The notes below the pieces were generated by a model. That model was not told the DNA's origin. It made no database searches and was given only the letters and a program-made list of their open reading frames with translations. Below are positions 11,177 to 20,978 of a stretch of 64,000 nt of DNA, piece after piece. Every line of letters begins with the position of its first letter. Within the stretch, counting starts at the first letter, position 1. The translations under genes and the position numbers were made by a program. The stretch spans positions 62,001 through 126,000 of IMG/VR virus record IMGVR_UViG_3300026484_000007. One strand, given 5' to 3'.

Positions 11177-12115
11177 ATGAAAATTCACGATAATAACCCA
11201 TTTACAAAAATTTTTCTTTTTTTAATACTTTCCGTACTTTTCGTAGCGTTAAATTTTTTTAACGCTTTAAATGCTGCGGAAAATCTAAGTTATCAAGAAA
11301 AGGATCTAAAAAAGATCTCTTCGAATTATGTAAAGAGCCCAAAAAATATAAAAAAACCAAAATTAATTTTTTCTAAAATTCAATTGGATAATTATTATAT
11401 TTATGCTATTTGCGATCAAGTGCTTTTAGATTCATTACAATCAAAATGTTATAGTTATACTTATAAAGCGCCGGTATTTAATTTTTTTAAAATACAATAT
11501 TCACATATCAGAGAAGGGATCAAAAAAAGATACTTTTTTCATTATGATAAAAGAATTCCATCTTTATATAAAAATTATATAAATGATTATACTAAAGGAA
11601 AAGACAAATACGACAAAGGACATCTTGCGCCTGATGCGTCATTTGATTTTGATAAAGAAGTATTAAAAAGTACATATTTATCAAGTAACGTTGTTCCTCA
11701 AGTTCCATATATAAATAGATACATTATTTCAAAAATTGAAAAAGATGAAAGAAATATTGTCAAAAGATCTAAAAAAGATCTTTACGTGTTAACCGGAGCA
11801 GTTTATACGCATTATGATTATAGATATGTAGATGAGAACATTTTTAAAACAAAAGTTCCTTCTGCGATGGTCTTTTTATTTATTCAAGATGAAAAAGTAA
11901 TAAAAGGTTATCTTGTTCCAAATACTTTTAACTTTTCTTTTAAATACAAACAAGCATCTAAAAAAGATCGAAAAAAGATCTTTGAAAATTTAAGAATCAA
12001 AATAAATAAAAAAGATGAAATCAAAAGACTACTATTAAAACTTAATATTAAAAAAATTACTTTTAAAAAAAATAAAAAAAGGATCTTAAATGGATACAAA
12101 GGATACAAATATTGA
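11177..12115 (+). CDS. DNA/RNA non-specific endonuclease (NucA/EndA His-Me family) with N-terminal signal/TM segment
   Basis: DKGHLAP active-site motif, SNVVPQ..IN motif, YVLTGAVY, KVPSAM; hydrophobic N-terminus. Confidence 0.85.
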   Translation: MKIHDNNPFTKIFLFLILSVLFVALNFFNALNAAENLSYQEKDLKKISSNYVKSPKNIKKPKLIFSKIQLDNYYIYAICDQVLLDSLQSKCYSYTYKAPVFNFFKIQYSHIREGIKKRYFFHYDKRIPSLYKNYINDYTKGKDKYDKGHLAPDASFDFDKEVLKSTYLSSNVVPQVPYINRYIISKIEKDERNIVKRSKKDLYVLTGAVYTHYDYRYVDENIFKTKVPSAMVFLFIQDEKVIKGYLVPNTFNFSFKYKQASKKDRKKIFENLRIKINKKDEIKRLLLKLNIKKITFKKNKKRILNGYKGYKY

Positions 12116-12578
12116 TTCAACCACATCTTCTAGCAAAATTGAGCTTTTAATTCATAATGCTAAAGATGAATTCAAAAAAATTATAAATAAAAATATAGAA
12201 TTTTTTACTACTGAGAATGAAAGTATGAAAAATCGATTAAATAAATTTTTAAAACTTATAAATAATAATAAAGAATCTTTATTAAATCGAATTAATTCAG
12301 TTGAGAAAAAAATTCTTAAAAAACATGAAAGTGATCTAAAAAAGATACAAGATGAATTCGAAGAAAAAATTGAGAGCTTAATAAGATCATTTGATAAACT
12401 TCGTAAAGAATTTTATGAACGAGACAAAGTTGTAAAATATAAAAAATTTGAAGATCTTAATGAAAAATTTGAAAAGTTGTATAAAGAATTTTTAGAGACT
12501 GAGAAGAAATTTGTATCTAAAGAAGATTTTAATAAATTGAAAAAAGAATTTGAAGATCTTCATGAGATCTTTAAATAA
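12090..12578 (+). CDS. Coiled-coil hypothetical protein
   Basis: K/E-rich heptads. Confidence 0.6.
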   Translation: MDTKDTNIDSTTSSSKIELLIHNAKDEFKKIINKNIEFFTTENESMKNRLNKFLKLINNNKESLLNRINSVEKKILKKHESDLKKIQDEFEEKIESLIRSFDKLRKEFYERDKVVKYKKFEDLNEKFEKLYKEFLETEKKFVSKEDFNKLKKEFEDLHEIFK

Positions 12579-12595
12579 AATAAAGGATTTTATCA

Positions 12596-13168
12596 ATGAA
12601 AATACAAGAATACGATTTAATTAAAAAACGTTTCGGTAAAAAGGTTCCTGAAAAGATCCTTTTCCATAGTTATAAAATGTATCCTAAAGAATTCAATTAT
12701 GATTATAAAAAACATAGGTATTATATTTATATCTATCTTGATCCATTTACATCATACCTTGAACATAATCAATTGGGATATATTGAAAAACCAGAGATCT
12801 TTTTTGGATTCGAACCATTCTATGTTGGTAAAGGAACATCGGGGCATGGATATCGTTTGAATCAACATATCCAACATTTTATAAAAAATAAAGAAAAAAA
12901 TGAGTTTAAAAGATACAAAATGAATGAAATTCAGCAGAAGATGTTTTCTAATAAATATCCGGACAAGCCAAAGAATTGGAAAGAATTTCAAGATCATTTT
13001 GTGATGGTATATAAGGCGTTCGATAACGAACAAGATCTAATGAATACAGAAAAATTATTAATAAATAAAATTGGAACAATAAAAAATATGGATGGTCCAC
13101 TTGTAAATAAAATTACAAATTACGATCAAAAAGCAATAAAAAGGATAGAAGATGTATATTACAGTTAA
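12596..13168 (+). CDS. GIY-YIG-like nuclease domain protein
   Basis: YYIYIYLDP..PFYVGKG..RLNQH..E..LI..GPLVN pattern. Confidence 0.65.
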   Translation: MKIQEYDLIKKRFGKKVPEKILFHSYKMYPKEFNYDYKKHRYYIYIYLDPFTSYLEHNQLGYIEKPEIFFGFEPFYVGKGTSGHGYRLNQHIQHFIKNKEKNEFKRYKMNEIQQKMFSNKYPDKPKNWKEFQDHFVMVYKAFDNEQDLMNTEKLLINKIGTIKNMDGPLVNKITNYDQKAIKRIEDVYYS

Positions 13169-13631
13169 ACTTGTTAAACCCAACGGAGAAAATCCATTAC
13201 TAGTTAAACCAGAAGATACTTTTAACCCTGGTATCTTAAATTTAAATTTAAAAAACATTGGATGGATTGAAGACACTGGTGAAAAAATTGATTTTTATAA
13301 ATTAAATTCAGACGAAGAAGATGTAATAGATTACTCAAGAGATCTTTTTAAGATCCATTATAGATTTAAAAATGTTCTTAAAGAAAAATATTTTTATTTT
13401 GCTATCGACAACAGCGAAGTGTCAAAGTATCTCGCTAAACATAATTTTTATAAACTAGAAAGATTTTATATAAATATAGATAATATTTTATTCATTGAAG
13501 AAGAATATAAATTATCAGTGACGAAAGATAAAAATAAAGTAAAATTATTTTTTTATTTATCAGATGGAATGGTTCTTCAAATTCTTACAACAAAATCTCG
13601 TTGGGAAAATTGGAAACATATTCGATTATAA
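13152..13631 (+). CDS. Hypothetical protein
   Basis: 159-aa ORF overlapping the previous stop. Confidence 0.6.
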   Translation: MYITVKLVKPNGENPLLVKPEDTFNPGILNLNLKNIGWIEDTGEKIDFYKLNSDEEDVIDYSRDLFKIHYRFKNVLKEKYFYFAIDNSEVSKYLAKHNFYKLERFYINIDNILFIEEEYKLSVTKDKNKVKLFFYLSDGMVLQILTTKSRWENWKHIRL

Positions 13632-13666
13632 ATCGTATTCGATTATAAATCGTATTCGATTATAAA
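13619..13666. repeat. 17-bp tandem repeat (tattcgattataaatcg) x~3
   Basis: Read directly; spans a stop codon just upstream of the endolysin. Confidence 0.85.
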
Positions 13667-13684
13667 AATCATAAAGGAATAACA

Positions 13685-14089
13685 ATGGCTTATCATTTTG
13701 GAAAAACATCATTAAAAAGAATGGAAGGTTTAGATAGTGATCTTATAAAGATCCTTAACCTTGCAATCAAAGAAACTAAGCAAGATTTTAGTGTTATTGA
13801 AGGTCTGCGAACTGCGGAACGACAATACGAATTATATCAAGAAGGTCAAAGTGAGCTTGATGGCTACGAAAGAAAATCAATGCATCAATTTGGAAAAGCA
13901 GTTGATATTGCTCCATACAAAGATGGAAAATTAGTATGGGGAATTGACGAAGATCCAAAAGCTTGGTTAGAAGTTGGAAGAGCGATGCTAAGAGCTGCTC
14001 GAAAATTAAATATATGTTTAGAATGGGGATTAACTTACAACATCGGTAATGGATACGATGCACCTCATTTTCAATTAAATGAAAAGTGA
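13685..14089 (+). CDS. Endolysin, M15 peptidase (L-Ala-D-Glu endopeptidase, T5-lys-like)
   Basis: EGLRT.ERQ..LY..G.S, SMH..GKAVD, DAPHFQL zinc-ligand motifs. Confidence 0.88.
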   Translation: MAYHFGKTSLKRMEGLDSDLIKILNLAIKETKQDFSVIEGLRTAERQYELYQEGQSELDGYERKSMHQFGKAVDIAPYKDGKLVWGIDEDPKAWLEVGRAMLRAARKLNICLEWGLTYNIGNGYDAPHFQLNEK

Positions 14090-14125
14090 TCTTTTAAAGA
14101 TCACTTTTTTTGTCGTTAGAAAAAA
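14083..14125 (+). terminator. Hairpin + T-tract + GTCGTTAG-A6
   Basis: aaagtgatcttttaaagatcacttt followed by the motif. Confidence 0.65.
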
Positions 14126-14164
14126 TCAAAGAAAAAATTAAAGTTGACTCGCGAAAAAACTTTT

Positions 14165-14312
14165 GAAAAACTTGTTTTTTAATGTAGCATCTATTTTCGA
14201 TACAAGCGATATATACGAGTTCTAAAATTTTCAGGATTTCTAAATCATTTTAGAACTCGTATATATCTTTGCGTATCCATAGAAGCGCAACGTTCTAGAA
14301 TCACTGTTTTTT
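14165..14312. repeat. Dispersed palindrome family, inverted copy with longer loop
   Basis: gatatatacgagttctaaaa..ttttagaactcgtatatatc; arms are the reverse complement of copy 1. Confidence 0.9.
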
Positions 14313-14342
14313 CTTAAACGAAATAATAAAAAGGAGAAATTT

Positions 14343-15455
14343 ATGGCAACAGAATCTACGAAGACCACAAAAACCACACCGACAAAAAGTTCTTCTCCAA
14401 TTTTATTACCTAATATATATACAAGTCGTTATACGAGTAGAATTGGTTTAATGGTTTTTGAATTATATAATAATTCTATTTATTTTTATATGGATTTAGA
14501 AGATGGTCAAATAATTGAAACTTTAAAAAGCATTTATTTATTTAAAGATGTAAAAGCTTTAAACGATCTTCTTGATCTCAATATCCCATTCGATAAATAC
14601 GAATTGGAAAATCCTGAATATTTAATGACTCCAATAGAAAAAATAAGATACGAGATTTCTTCGGTTACTCTCGAGGAATACTATCCAAACGAAGAAAATC
14701 CTCAGAATTGTTTTATTATTGAAAATCAAAACGACGTTATAACACGAGATGAATTAGAAGAAGAATTATTTCATAATAATGAAAATTATTATACTAAAGA
14801 TGAGATCGATGAAAAATTAATTGATCTTCAAAATAAAGTAAATGAATTATATCCTACGAAAGAATCTTTTTTAGATCTCAAAAATGAATTATATAATTAT
14901 TTAGATGAAAAACTTAATTTATTAGAAGATGATCTTCAAAAGATCGCTAATAAAGTTTTCGATGATCTCGACGATGAAATCAGTGAAAAGATTAGAGCAT
15001 CTTTTAAAGATCTTTTAACGACAGAATTTGCGAATCTTGCGTTTTCTCAAATTGATCCACAATTGTTTTTAAAAGAATTAGATTATTCTGAATTCAAAAC
15101 TTTCTTAGAACAATTAGCATTATCTTTATTAGGAAAATATTATTACGAATCTGAAGATTATGAATCAAATGATCTTATTTTGATTCGACATGATCTTAAT
15201 AGTACTTATCTTAATATAAATATTTATGAATACCAAGATGGAGAATATTGGAGTTTTTATCCTTCTTTTTCAACGCATGATAAAAATGTATTATTAATCA
15301 AAGGCGTAAAAGGAAAGAAAATTAGAGTTTTAATAGATAGATTAAAATTCGATGAATTAAATTCTGATATTTTATTGAATGCGAGATACTCGCCAGAAGA
15401 ATTAGCGAATATGTCTTATGAAGAACGATGGGCATTATTATTTAGAATTAAATAA
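14343..15455 (+). CDS. Hypothetical acidic protein, possibly virion-associated
   Basis: AAGGAG RBS, 370 aa. Confidence 0.6.
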   Translation: MATESTKTTKTTPTKSSSPILLPNIYTSRYTSRIGLMVFELYNNSIYFYMDLEDGQIIETLKSIYLFKDVKALNDLLDLNIPFDKYELENPEYLMTPIEKIRYEISSVTLEEYYPNEENPQNCFIIENQNDVITRDELEEELFHNNENYYTKDEIDEKLIDLQNKVNELYPTKESFLDLKNELYNYLDEKLNLLEDDLQKIANKVFDDLDDEISEKIRASFKDLLTTEFANLAFSQIDPQLFLKELDYSEFKTFLEQLALSLLGKYYYESEDYESNDLILIRHDLNSTYLNINIYEYQDGEYWSFYPSFSTHDKNVLLIKGVKGKKIRVLIDRLKFDELNSDILLNARYSPEELANMSYEERWALLFRIK

Positions 15456-15456
15456 T

Positions 15457-15566
15457 TTTAGAACTCGTATATATCCTTAGTATCCAAAAAAGATGCTACA
15501 TAGAAAATCAATGTTTTCTAAGAATTTTTTCTAACGACAAAAAAACTCTCGCATATGCGAGAGTTT
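15457..15566. repeat. Right-half palindrome copy plus hairpin-T7-GTCGTTAG terminator (minus strand)
   Basis: tttagaactcgtatatatcc..agatgctaca; aaactctcgcatatgcgagagttt hairpin. Confidence 0.8.
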
Positions 15567-16062
15567 AAATTATAAATAATTTATCATGTAGTCTATGAAG
15601 TTTATTAAAGAACGATCTCGAAAGTTTTTGATATTCTTTATCATGAATGATATCTTCTGATACTAACGAGATGTCTATCATTTTATCTAACATTTCTACC
15701 AATTCCTGCAACTTTTCTTTTTCATCATAATCTCCTTCATGACGAGTACTAGTCCCCCAAATTTTTTCTATCAATGATAATTTATGTCTAATCACTAATA
15801 ATAAAAAAACAGGATCCGATTGACAATCAATTTTTAAAATAGGATCCCACTTTTTAATATTATTTTTATAAATCCATTTATCTCTTAAATAAGTATCCCA
15901 ATGATACTCAACCATCATTTTTAAAGTTAAATAATAATCTTTGATCGTTTTTAATAATACTTTAATCAAAGTCACTACTAAACTTTCATTTTTAAAAAAA
16001 TTCCAAAGATCTAAAATTGATCTTTTTATTTTAGATTTTAATCTAATAAAATATCTTACCAT
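15565..16062 (-). CDS. Hypothetical protein
   Basis: 165-aa ORF coupled to the exonuclease gene. Confidence 0.6.
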   Translation of the reverse strand: MVRYFIRLKSKIKRSILDLWNFFKNESLVVTLIKVLLKTIKDYYLTLKMMVEYHWDTYLRDKWIYKNNIKKWDPILKIDCQSDPVFLLLVIRHKLSLIEKIWGTSTRHEGDYDEKEKLQELVEMLDKMIDISLVSEDIIHDKEYQKLSRSFFNKLHRLHDKLFII

Positions 16063-17156
16063 GCATTTTCCTTTTCTTCATGAACGTAATATATTTCCTT
16101 ATTAAATTTATTGTTTCTTATTAATTGATTTTTATCTACTAAATAATGTTTAGTATTTCTATAATTAAAAATAAAACTTCTTCCAATAAATACTGCTTTA
16201 ACACTAGCATTATTATATTTAGCAATGGCATATAATTGTTCAACGAATTGTAATTTTTCATCTAATTTTACTGTTAAGATAACGTCAAGCATGTTGTAGG
16301 CTGCAAATCTTGCAGGGTTTTCTAAATAAACTTTATTGAAATCTCCTTCGAGATCTAATTTATTAATTTTTAACTCAACTTCAGCGATAGTATCTAATTT
16401 ATAATTAGGTAAAGATTTACCCATACCTGATCCTCCCGAATCAACGGGTTGGTATAATTTTAATATATCTACCGCAGTTCTATCGGCGATCTCGTATGTT
16501 ATTTGACCATATTTTTTAATACTAAAATTTGATATGATTTTAAAAGCATTTTCTTCGCCAATTAATTTAATTAATCTATTGATAGTATAAGGGTCGTCGA
16601 AGCGAGAGCTGTTGAATCCAATCAAAAACAGCGTTCCTATATCTTCGATGGTTTTAAAAAAATTAATAATCATAGTGGCTTCATCGTCAAATACGTTAAT
16701 AACTATTTCTAAATTTTTTATATCATACATTTTATTTTTTTCGCAAGATTCTTTATAAATTTTTTCTATCTCTTTTTTAAATTCTTCTGCATTATCAAGA
16801 AGCTGATGAAACTTAGAACTTTTATTTCTAAGAAAATCTATATAAATAGTATTATTAATATTATTATAATAAGCTATTGATGTTATTTCAAATTCTACTG
16901 AGATTGGATCAGGTGCTTTCTTTGGATCGAATCTTGTTTCGATATCGTAAAAAGTTTTATTCATAACTTTTCTATCCCAGAACTCTTGATCTTTATCTCC
17001 GTATTCATTTAAATATTTAAAGAAAAATAATTCTCCGGGAGAAACTTCAGTGTTATAAAATTGATAAAATTTTAAATTATCCGTTTTTAAGTTATCTATT
17101 ATATTTCTAAATGAGTCTCCATAAACTACATGCCCTGGAATTTCAATTGCTTTCAT
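16056..17156 (-). CDS. Family-B DNA polymerase, 3'-5' exonuclease module (split gene)
   Basis: ExoI YDIET, ExoII GFNSSRFDDPY, NYKLD, ExoIII YNMLDV. Confidence 0.88.
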   Translation of the reverse strand: MKAIEIPGHVVYGDSFRNIIDNLKTDNLKFYQFYNTEVSPGELFFFKYLNEYGDKDQEFWDRKVMNKTFYDIETRFDPKKAPDPISVEFEITSIAYYNNINNTIYIDFLRNKSSKFHQLLDNAEEFKKEIEKIYKESCEKNKMYDIKNLEIVINVFDDEATMIINFFKTIEDIGTLFLIGFNSSRFDDPYTINRLIKLIGEENAFKIISNFSIKKYGQITYEIADRTAVDILKLYQPVDSGGSGMGKSLPNYKLDTIAEVELKINKLDLEGDFNKVYLENPARFAAYNMLDVILTVKLDEKLQFVEQLYAIAKYNNASVKAVFIGRSFIFNYRNTKHYLVDKNQLIRNNKFNKEIYYVHEEKENAW

Positions 17157-17169
17157 TAATTCTCCTTTT

Positions 17170-18165
17170 TTAGATTCCTGATCTTATTTGGATCTCTTCA
17201 TCAAATAAATCTTTAAATTGATCTAATTTCATATCAATATTAAAATTCATAATTGTATCAAAATCTAATTCGATATCTAGTTCTTTAAAGATCTTTAAAA
17301 GATCATTCTTGTCTTTTTCATTTAAACCAACGGGTATGCTTATAACATTTAATTTTTTATTAATTTCATCTTTATTGATCATATATGGAGATAGTTCGTT
17401 GTTTTTATTTTTTAAATTATAAATATCTAAAATTTTTTTAAGATTATTTAATTTAACTTGAACGACGATGAAACTTTCTCCAGGTCTTAGATTATCTTTA
17501 AAAATTAAATTATAAAACATTGCTCCTTTAACTGGCATCGGTAAAGATTTAAATTCTTTCACTCCCCATTTTTTAGGAATTCCAAAGTATTCGATGTCAA
17601 GATTTTTAATAGCTAACTCTAGTTTTTTAGAATAGATCTTTTTTAGATCATTAAAAATTTTATAATATAATTCTTCTTCCGTTGTAATATCAAAGTTCTT
17701 CGTTAAATTAAAATACACTTCATTTAATAAATCAAATGTTATTTTCGTCACGTCCGATTTAACGATTTGACCTCCTGTTTTTTTAATCTTTCCTTGATCG
17801 TAATATGTTCCTTCATTCCATAATACTAAAAGCGAATAATATTTTTTACCACGGAAGAATCCACGCACTGCTACAACTTCGCTTTTAAAATCCATTAAAT
17901 TATACTTTGGATTTAAATTAAATTTATCTTGAAGATTTTCGTTTAAAAATTTTCCATAATACCCATTTGATGTTAAAGCGATATCTTGTGTATAATCCAC
18001 AGTCTTTTCAATATTTTCAAATTTTTCAAATGGTAATTTAATTTTCAGATACGCTGAGTCAGTATCTGAATATAAAGTCTCTTCTGCTCTGTCAACTGTT
18101 TCTATCCACAAAGGAGCGAAATCAAAGACTTCGCTGTGAAAATCATAATTGTTAATTTTTTCCAT
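17170..18165 (-). CDS. Family-B DNA polymerase, C-terminal palm/thumb fragment
   Basis: Motif C YSDTDS, KKYY, KKTGGQIVKSD; motifs A and B absent. Confidence 0.85.
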   Translation of the reverse strand: MEKINNYDFHSEVFDFAPLWIETVDRAEETLYSDTDSAYLKIKLPFEKFENIEKTVDYTQDIALTSNGYYGKFLNENLQDKFNLNPKYNLMDFKSEVVAVRGFFRGKKYYSLLVLWNEGTYYDQGKIKKTGGQIVKSDVTKITFDLLNEVYFNLTKNFDITTEEELYYKIFNDLKKIYSKKLELAIKNLDIEYFGIPKKWGVKEFKSLPMPVKGAMFYNLIFKDNLRPGESFIVVQVKLNNLKKILDIYNLKNKNNELSPYMINKDEINKKLNVISIPVGLNEKDKNDLLKIFKELDIELDFDTIMNFNIDMKLDQFKDLFDEEIQIRSGI

Positions 18166-18175
18166 TAATTTTCCT

Positions 18176-19066
18176 TTAAAAGAAAACGTTAGTTAAATAA
18201 TATTTATTTAACTCTTCTAAAAACTGATCTTTCCAAGATCCTTTATCATCTTTTTCTTTTAATTTATTTTTTACTTCATTGAATATTTTCTCTGCAACTA
18301 TTATATCTTTATGATCGCCCCATTTGAATACATATCCTTTTTTATTTCTTTCTCTGAAAATAAAAAAGGTATTATAAAATATAATTTTTTCATATAAAAG
18401 ATTAAACGGATCTTCAAAAGATCTATAAAAGATCTCTAAAAATTTTATTATAAAAAGATCAATCAATCCCATTGAAATCATTGGCAATAATTCATTTTCT
18501 ATAATTTCGAATAGTTCTTTTTCATTTATTTTATCTTTAAATTTTTTAGATTCTTTAGATAATTCTGTCGTTAATAACATAGAAAATAAAAAATCATCAG
18601 GATGTTTATAAGTTATAGCAATTCTAAAAATATTAATGAAATAAAAAACGATGGAAGAGAGATCTTTTTTAGATCTCTCTTCCAATAAAACAAACGGCGA
18701 ATTTAAATTTAAAAAACTTTTATTCGATGAAAGAATTTTTAAAATCTCTTGAGAGAATATTTTAGACCAATTTTGATCTTTTTTATTTAGCATCCATTTA
18801 GGATCTATAAGAGTATTTAATTCTATTTGCGACTCAATTAATTTTTCATAAAGAATTGGGTCAATACCCTTTTCTTTAATTAAACTTGAAATTTTATCAT
18901 CTTGCTCTTGAATAATTTTACTAATTGATTTTTTTGCTGGGCTTGCAATTCCATTAATATTATCTACACCAGATACATTAATTATATTTTTTACAACTGA
19001 GTTTACTTGATCTACTAAAGATTCATTCTGAGCAATTATATTCTTCTGTATATCGTTTGTCAACAT
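18176..19066 (-). CDS. Hypothetical protein
   Basis: 296-aa ORF in the replication block. Confidence 0.6.
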   Translation of the reverse strand: MLTNDIQKNIIAQNESLVDQVNSVVKNIINVSGVDNINGIASPAKKSISKIIQEQDDKISSLIKEKGIDPILYEKLIESQIELNTLIDPKWMLNKKDQNWSKIFSQEILKILSSNKSFLNLNSPFVLLEERSKKDLSSIVFYFINIFRIAITYKHPDDFLFSMLLTTELSKESKKFKDKINEKELFEIIENELLPMISMGLIDLFIIKFLEIFYRSFEDPFNLLYEKIIFYNTFFIFRERNKKGYVFKWGDHKDIIVAEKIFNEVKNKLKEKDDKGSWKDQFLEELNKYYLTNVFF

Positions 19067-20978
19067 ATTTAACTCCTTTACATAATGGACAGATTACTAT
19101 TCCTTGTTGTTCAAGGATTTCATGAAATTTAATATCTAATTCATTAACTTTATTTTTTAGATAAATTAAATTTTCATTATTTTTCTGAATCTGATCTTTT
19201 AAAGATCTTTTATCTCTTAAATAATTTTCTATAGTTGTTTTGTCTTCCATAATTAAATTAAATTTACTTTTTATATTTAAGATTTTTTCAATTTTATTTA
19301 CTGTATCTTCAAAGGATCTTTTTTGGATCATTAAGTGATCTTCAAAAGATCTTTTTTGTCTTAATAGATTTAAAAAATAATTTAATCTTTGGAACTCTTC
19401 AATGAAAATTATTTTTTTATTTAATTCATCTTTTCTTTTTAATTGATCTTCAAAAGATCTTTTTTGGATCCTTGCTTGATTTTTAAAATTTAAAAATGAT
19501 TTTAAATATTCTAACCATTGATATTCCGCTTTAATTTCCCCAACCCTTTCAATTTTTTTATTAATATTATTCAATTGATCTTCAAAAGATCTTTTTTCGA
19601 TCCTTAATGTTTCTAAAGTTTTTTTATCATTAAATAATTCATTAATATATTCTATAATAAATTTCAATTCTAATATTTTTAAATCTTTTTGATATTGAAG
19701 CAATTCTGTTTTAATTGTATTGATTTCTTTATCGTAAGATTTAATTTCTTGATTGAGTTCAATGATTTCATTTTTAAAATCTGAAATTGCAAGGCTAATG
19801 TTTTCAGTATTAAATAAAAAGTTAAATACTTTTTCAATATCTGAGCTTTTAGATCCAACCATAAATAATTGATCGTATTGAGAACTATAAGCGATTTTTT
19901 CTGTTTGATTTCTCAATTCGCCTTTGATATTTTTATATAATTTTTTTATATCAAGATGTTTAAAACCTAACTTAGATACTGCTTCTTTAATTACAGAATC
20001 TGCAAGATTTTTACCTAAGTATTGCTCTCCTTCGATTTCAAATATAACTTTTTTAGACTTATAAATCATTACTAAAGGATCTTCAAAAGATCCATCTTCG
20101 TTTTCTTTATAAAATTCAATCTTAGAAACTTTAGCTCCGAGTCTTAAAAATCTTTCTTTAAAATCATTAAATAATAAAGCTTTAATTGCTCTAAGACTTG
20201 CACTTTTACCACAATTGTTTGGCCCTGATATAACAACGAAACCTTTATAATAAAATTCAATATCTTTTATACTTTGAAAATTTTGAATTCTTACTTTGTA
20301 TCCATTTAAGATCTTATCATTTGGAAGATTAGTTTTTTTATCTTCAATGAAGACAGTTTTTAAATCATTTTCATAAAAATAATTTAATTGATAATGAATA
20401 TGAGAACCAACGTTTAAATCGTCTGTTTGAGATACTAATACTAATGTAAAATCGTATTCTTCAGCAAACTTTCTTAAGAATAAACTTAATCTTTCTCGGT
20501 ACTGTGGAGAAACTTGAGCAAAGCTTTCATCAAAAATATAAAATTTATTTTTGCTATAAAAGTATCCTATTAAGATCTTAAAAAGAACACTAATGACACT
20601 AAGTACTCCACCACCGTTAGTTTCAAGTAATTCATCGTTTTTGCCTATGTATTTATCGCCTTGATAAAATGTAATATTGTATTTTATATTCTTAGAAGTA
20701 CTTTTTACTTCTTGCTCAATATTGATTCTAATATCATCCTGAAAAATATCTTTTAACGCTGAATTTATAATATTTAATATAAATTCTTTTTTGTATTCTA
20801 ATTTATAATTTTTTAAATATTCTAAAATAGATACGCTAAGATTCCTTAACCTTATTTTTTCAGATAAAGAAAAAAGAAGAGATTCTCGCTGAGCGAGAAT
20901 CTCTTCTTTTTGAATGATTAGATTTTTTAATTGATTAATCTGAACTTGCAGTTCCTGACTCTTCTTCATTTGATACAT
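19023..20978 (-). CDS. SbcC/Rad50 (gp46-like) ATPase with permuted domain order
   Basis: Signature TNGGG, Walker B YIFDESF and LVSQ come before IQNFQS and Walker A SGPNNCGKS; C-terminal CPLC zinc hook. Confidence 0.82.
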   Translation of the reverse strand: MYQMKKSQELQVQINQLKNLIIQKEEILAQRESLLFSLSEKIRLRNLSVSILEYLKNYKLEYKKEFILNIINSALKDIFQDDIRINIEQEVKSTSKNIKYNITFYQGDKYIGKNDELLETNGGGVLSVISVLFKILIGYFYSKNKFYIFDESFAQVSPQYRERLSLFLRKFAEEYDFTLVLVSQTDDLNVGSHIHYQLNYFYENDLKTVFIEDKKTNLPNDKILNGYKVRIQNFQSIKDIEFYYKGFVVISGPNNCGKSASLRAIKALLFNDFKERFLRLGAKVSKIEFYKENEDGSFEDPLVMIYKSKKVIFEIEGEQYLGKNLADSVIKEAVSKLGFKHLDIKKLYKNIKGELRNQTEKIAYSSQYDQLFMVGSKSSDIEKVFNFLFNTENISLAISDFKNEIIELNQEIKSYDKEINTIKTELLQYQKDLKILELKFIIEYINELFNDKKTLETLRIEKRSFEDQLNNINKKIERVGEIKAEYQWLEYLKSFLNFKNQARIQKRSFEDQLKRKDELNKKIIFIEEFQRLNYFLNLLRQKRSFEDHLMIQKRSFEDTVNKIEKILNIKSKFNLIMEDKTTIENYLRDKRSLKDQIQKNNENLIYLKNKVNELDIKFHEILEQQGIVICPLCKGVKYVDKRYTEEYNCSE

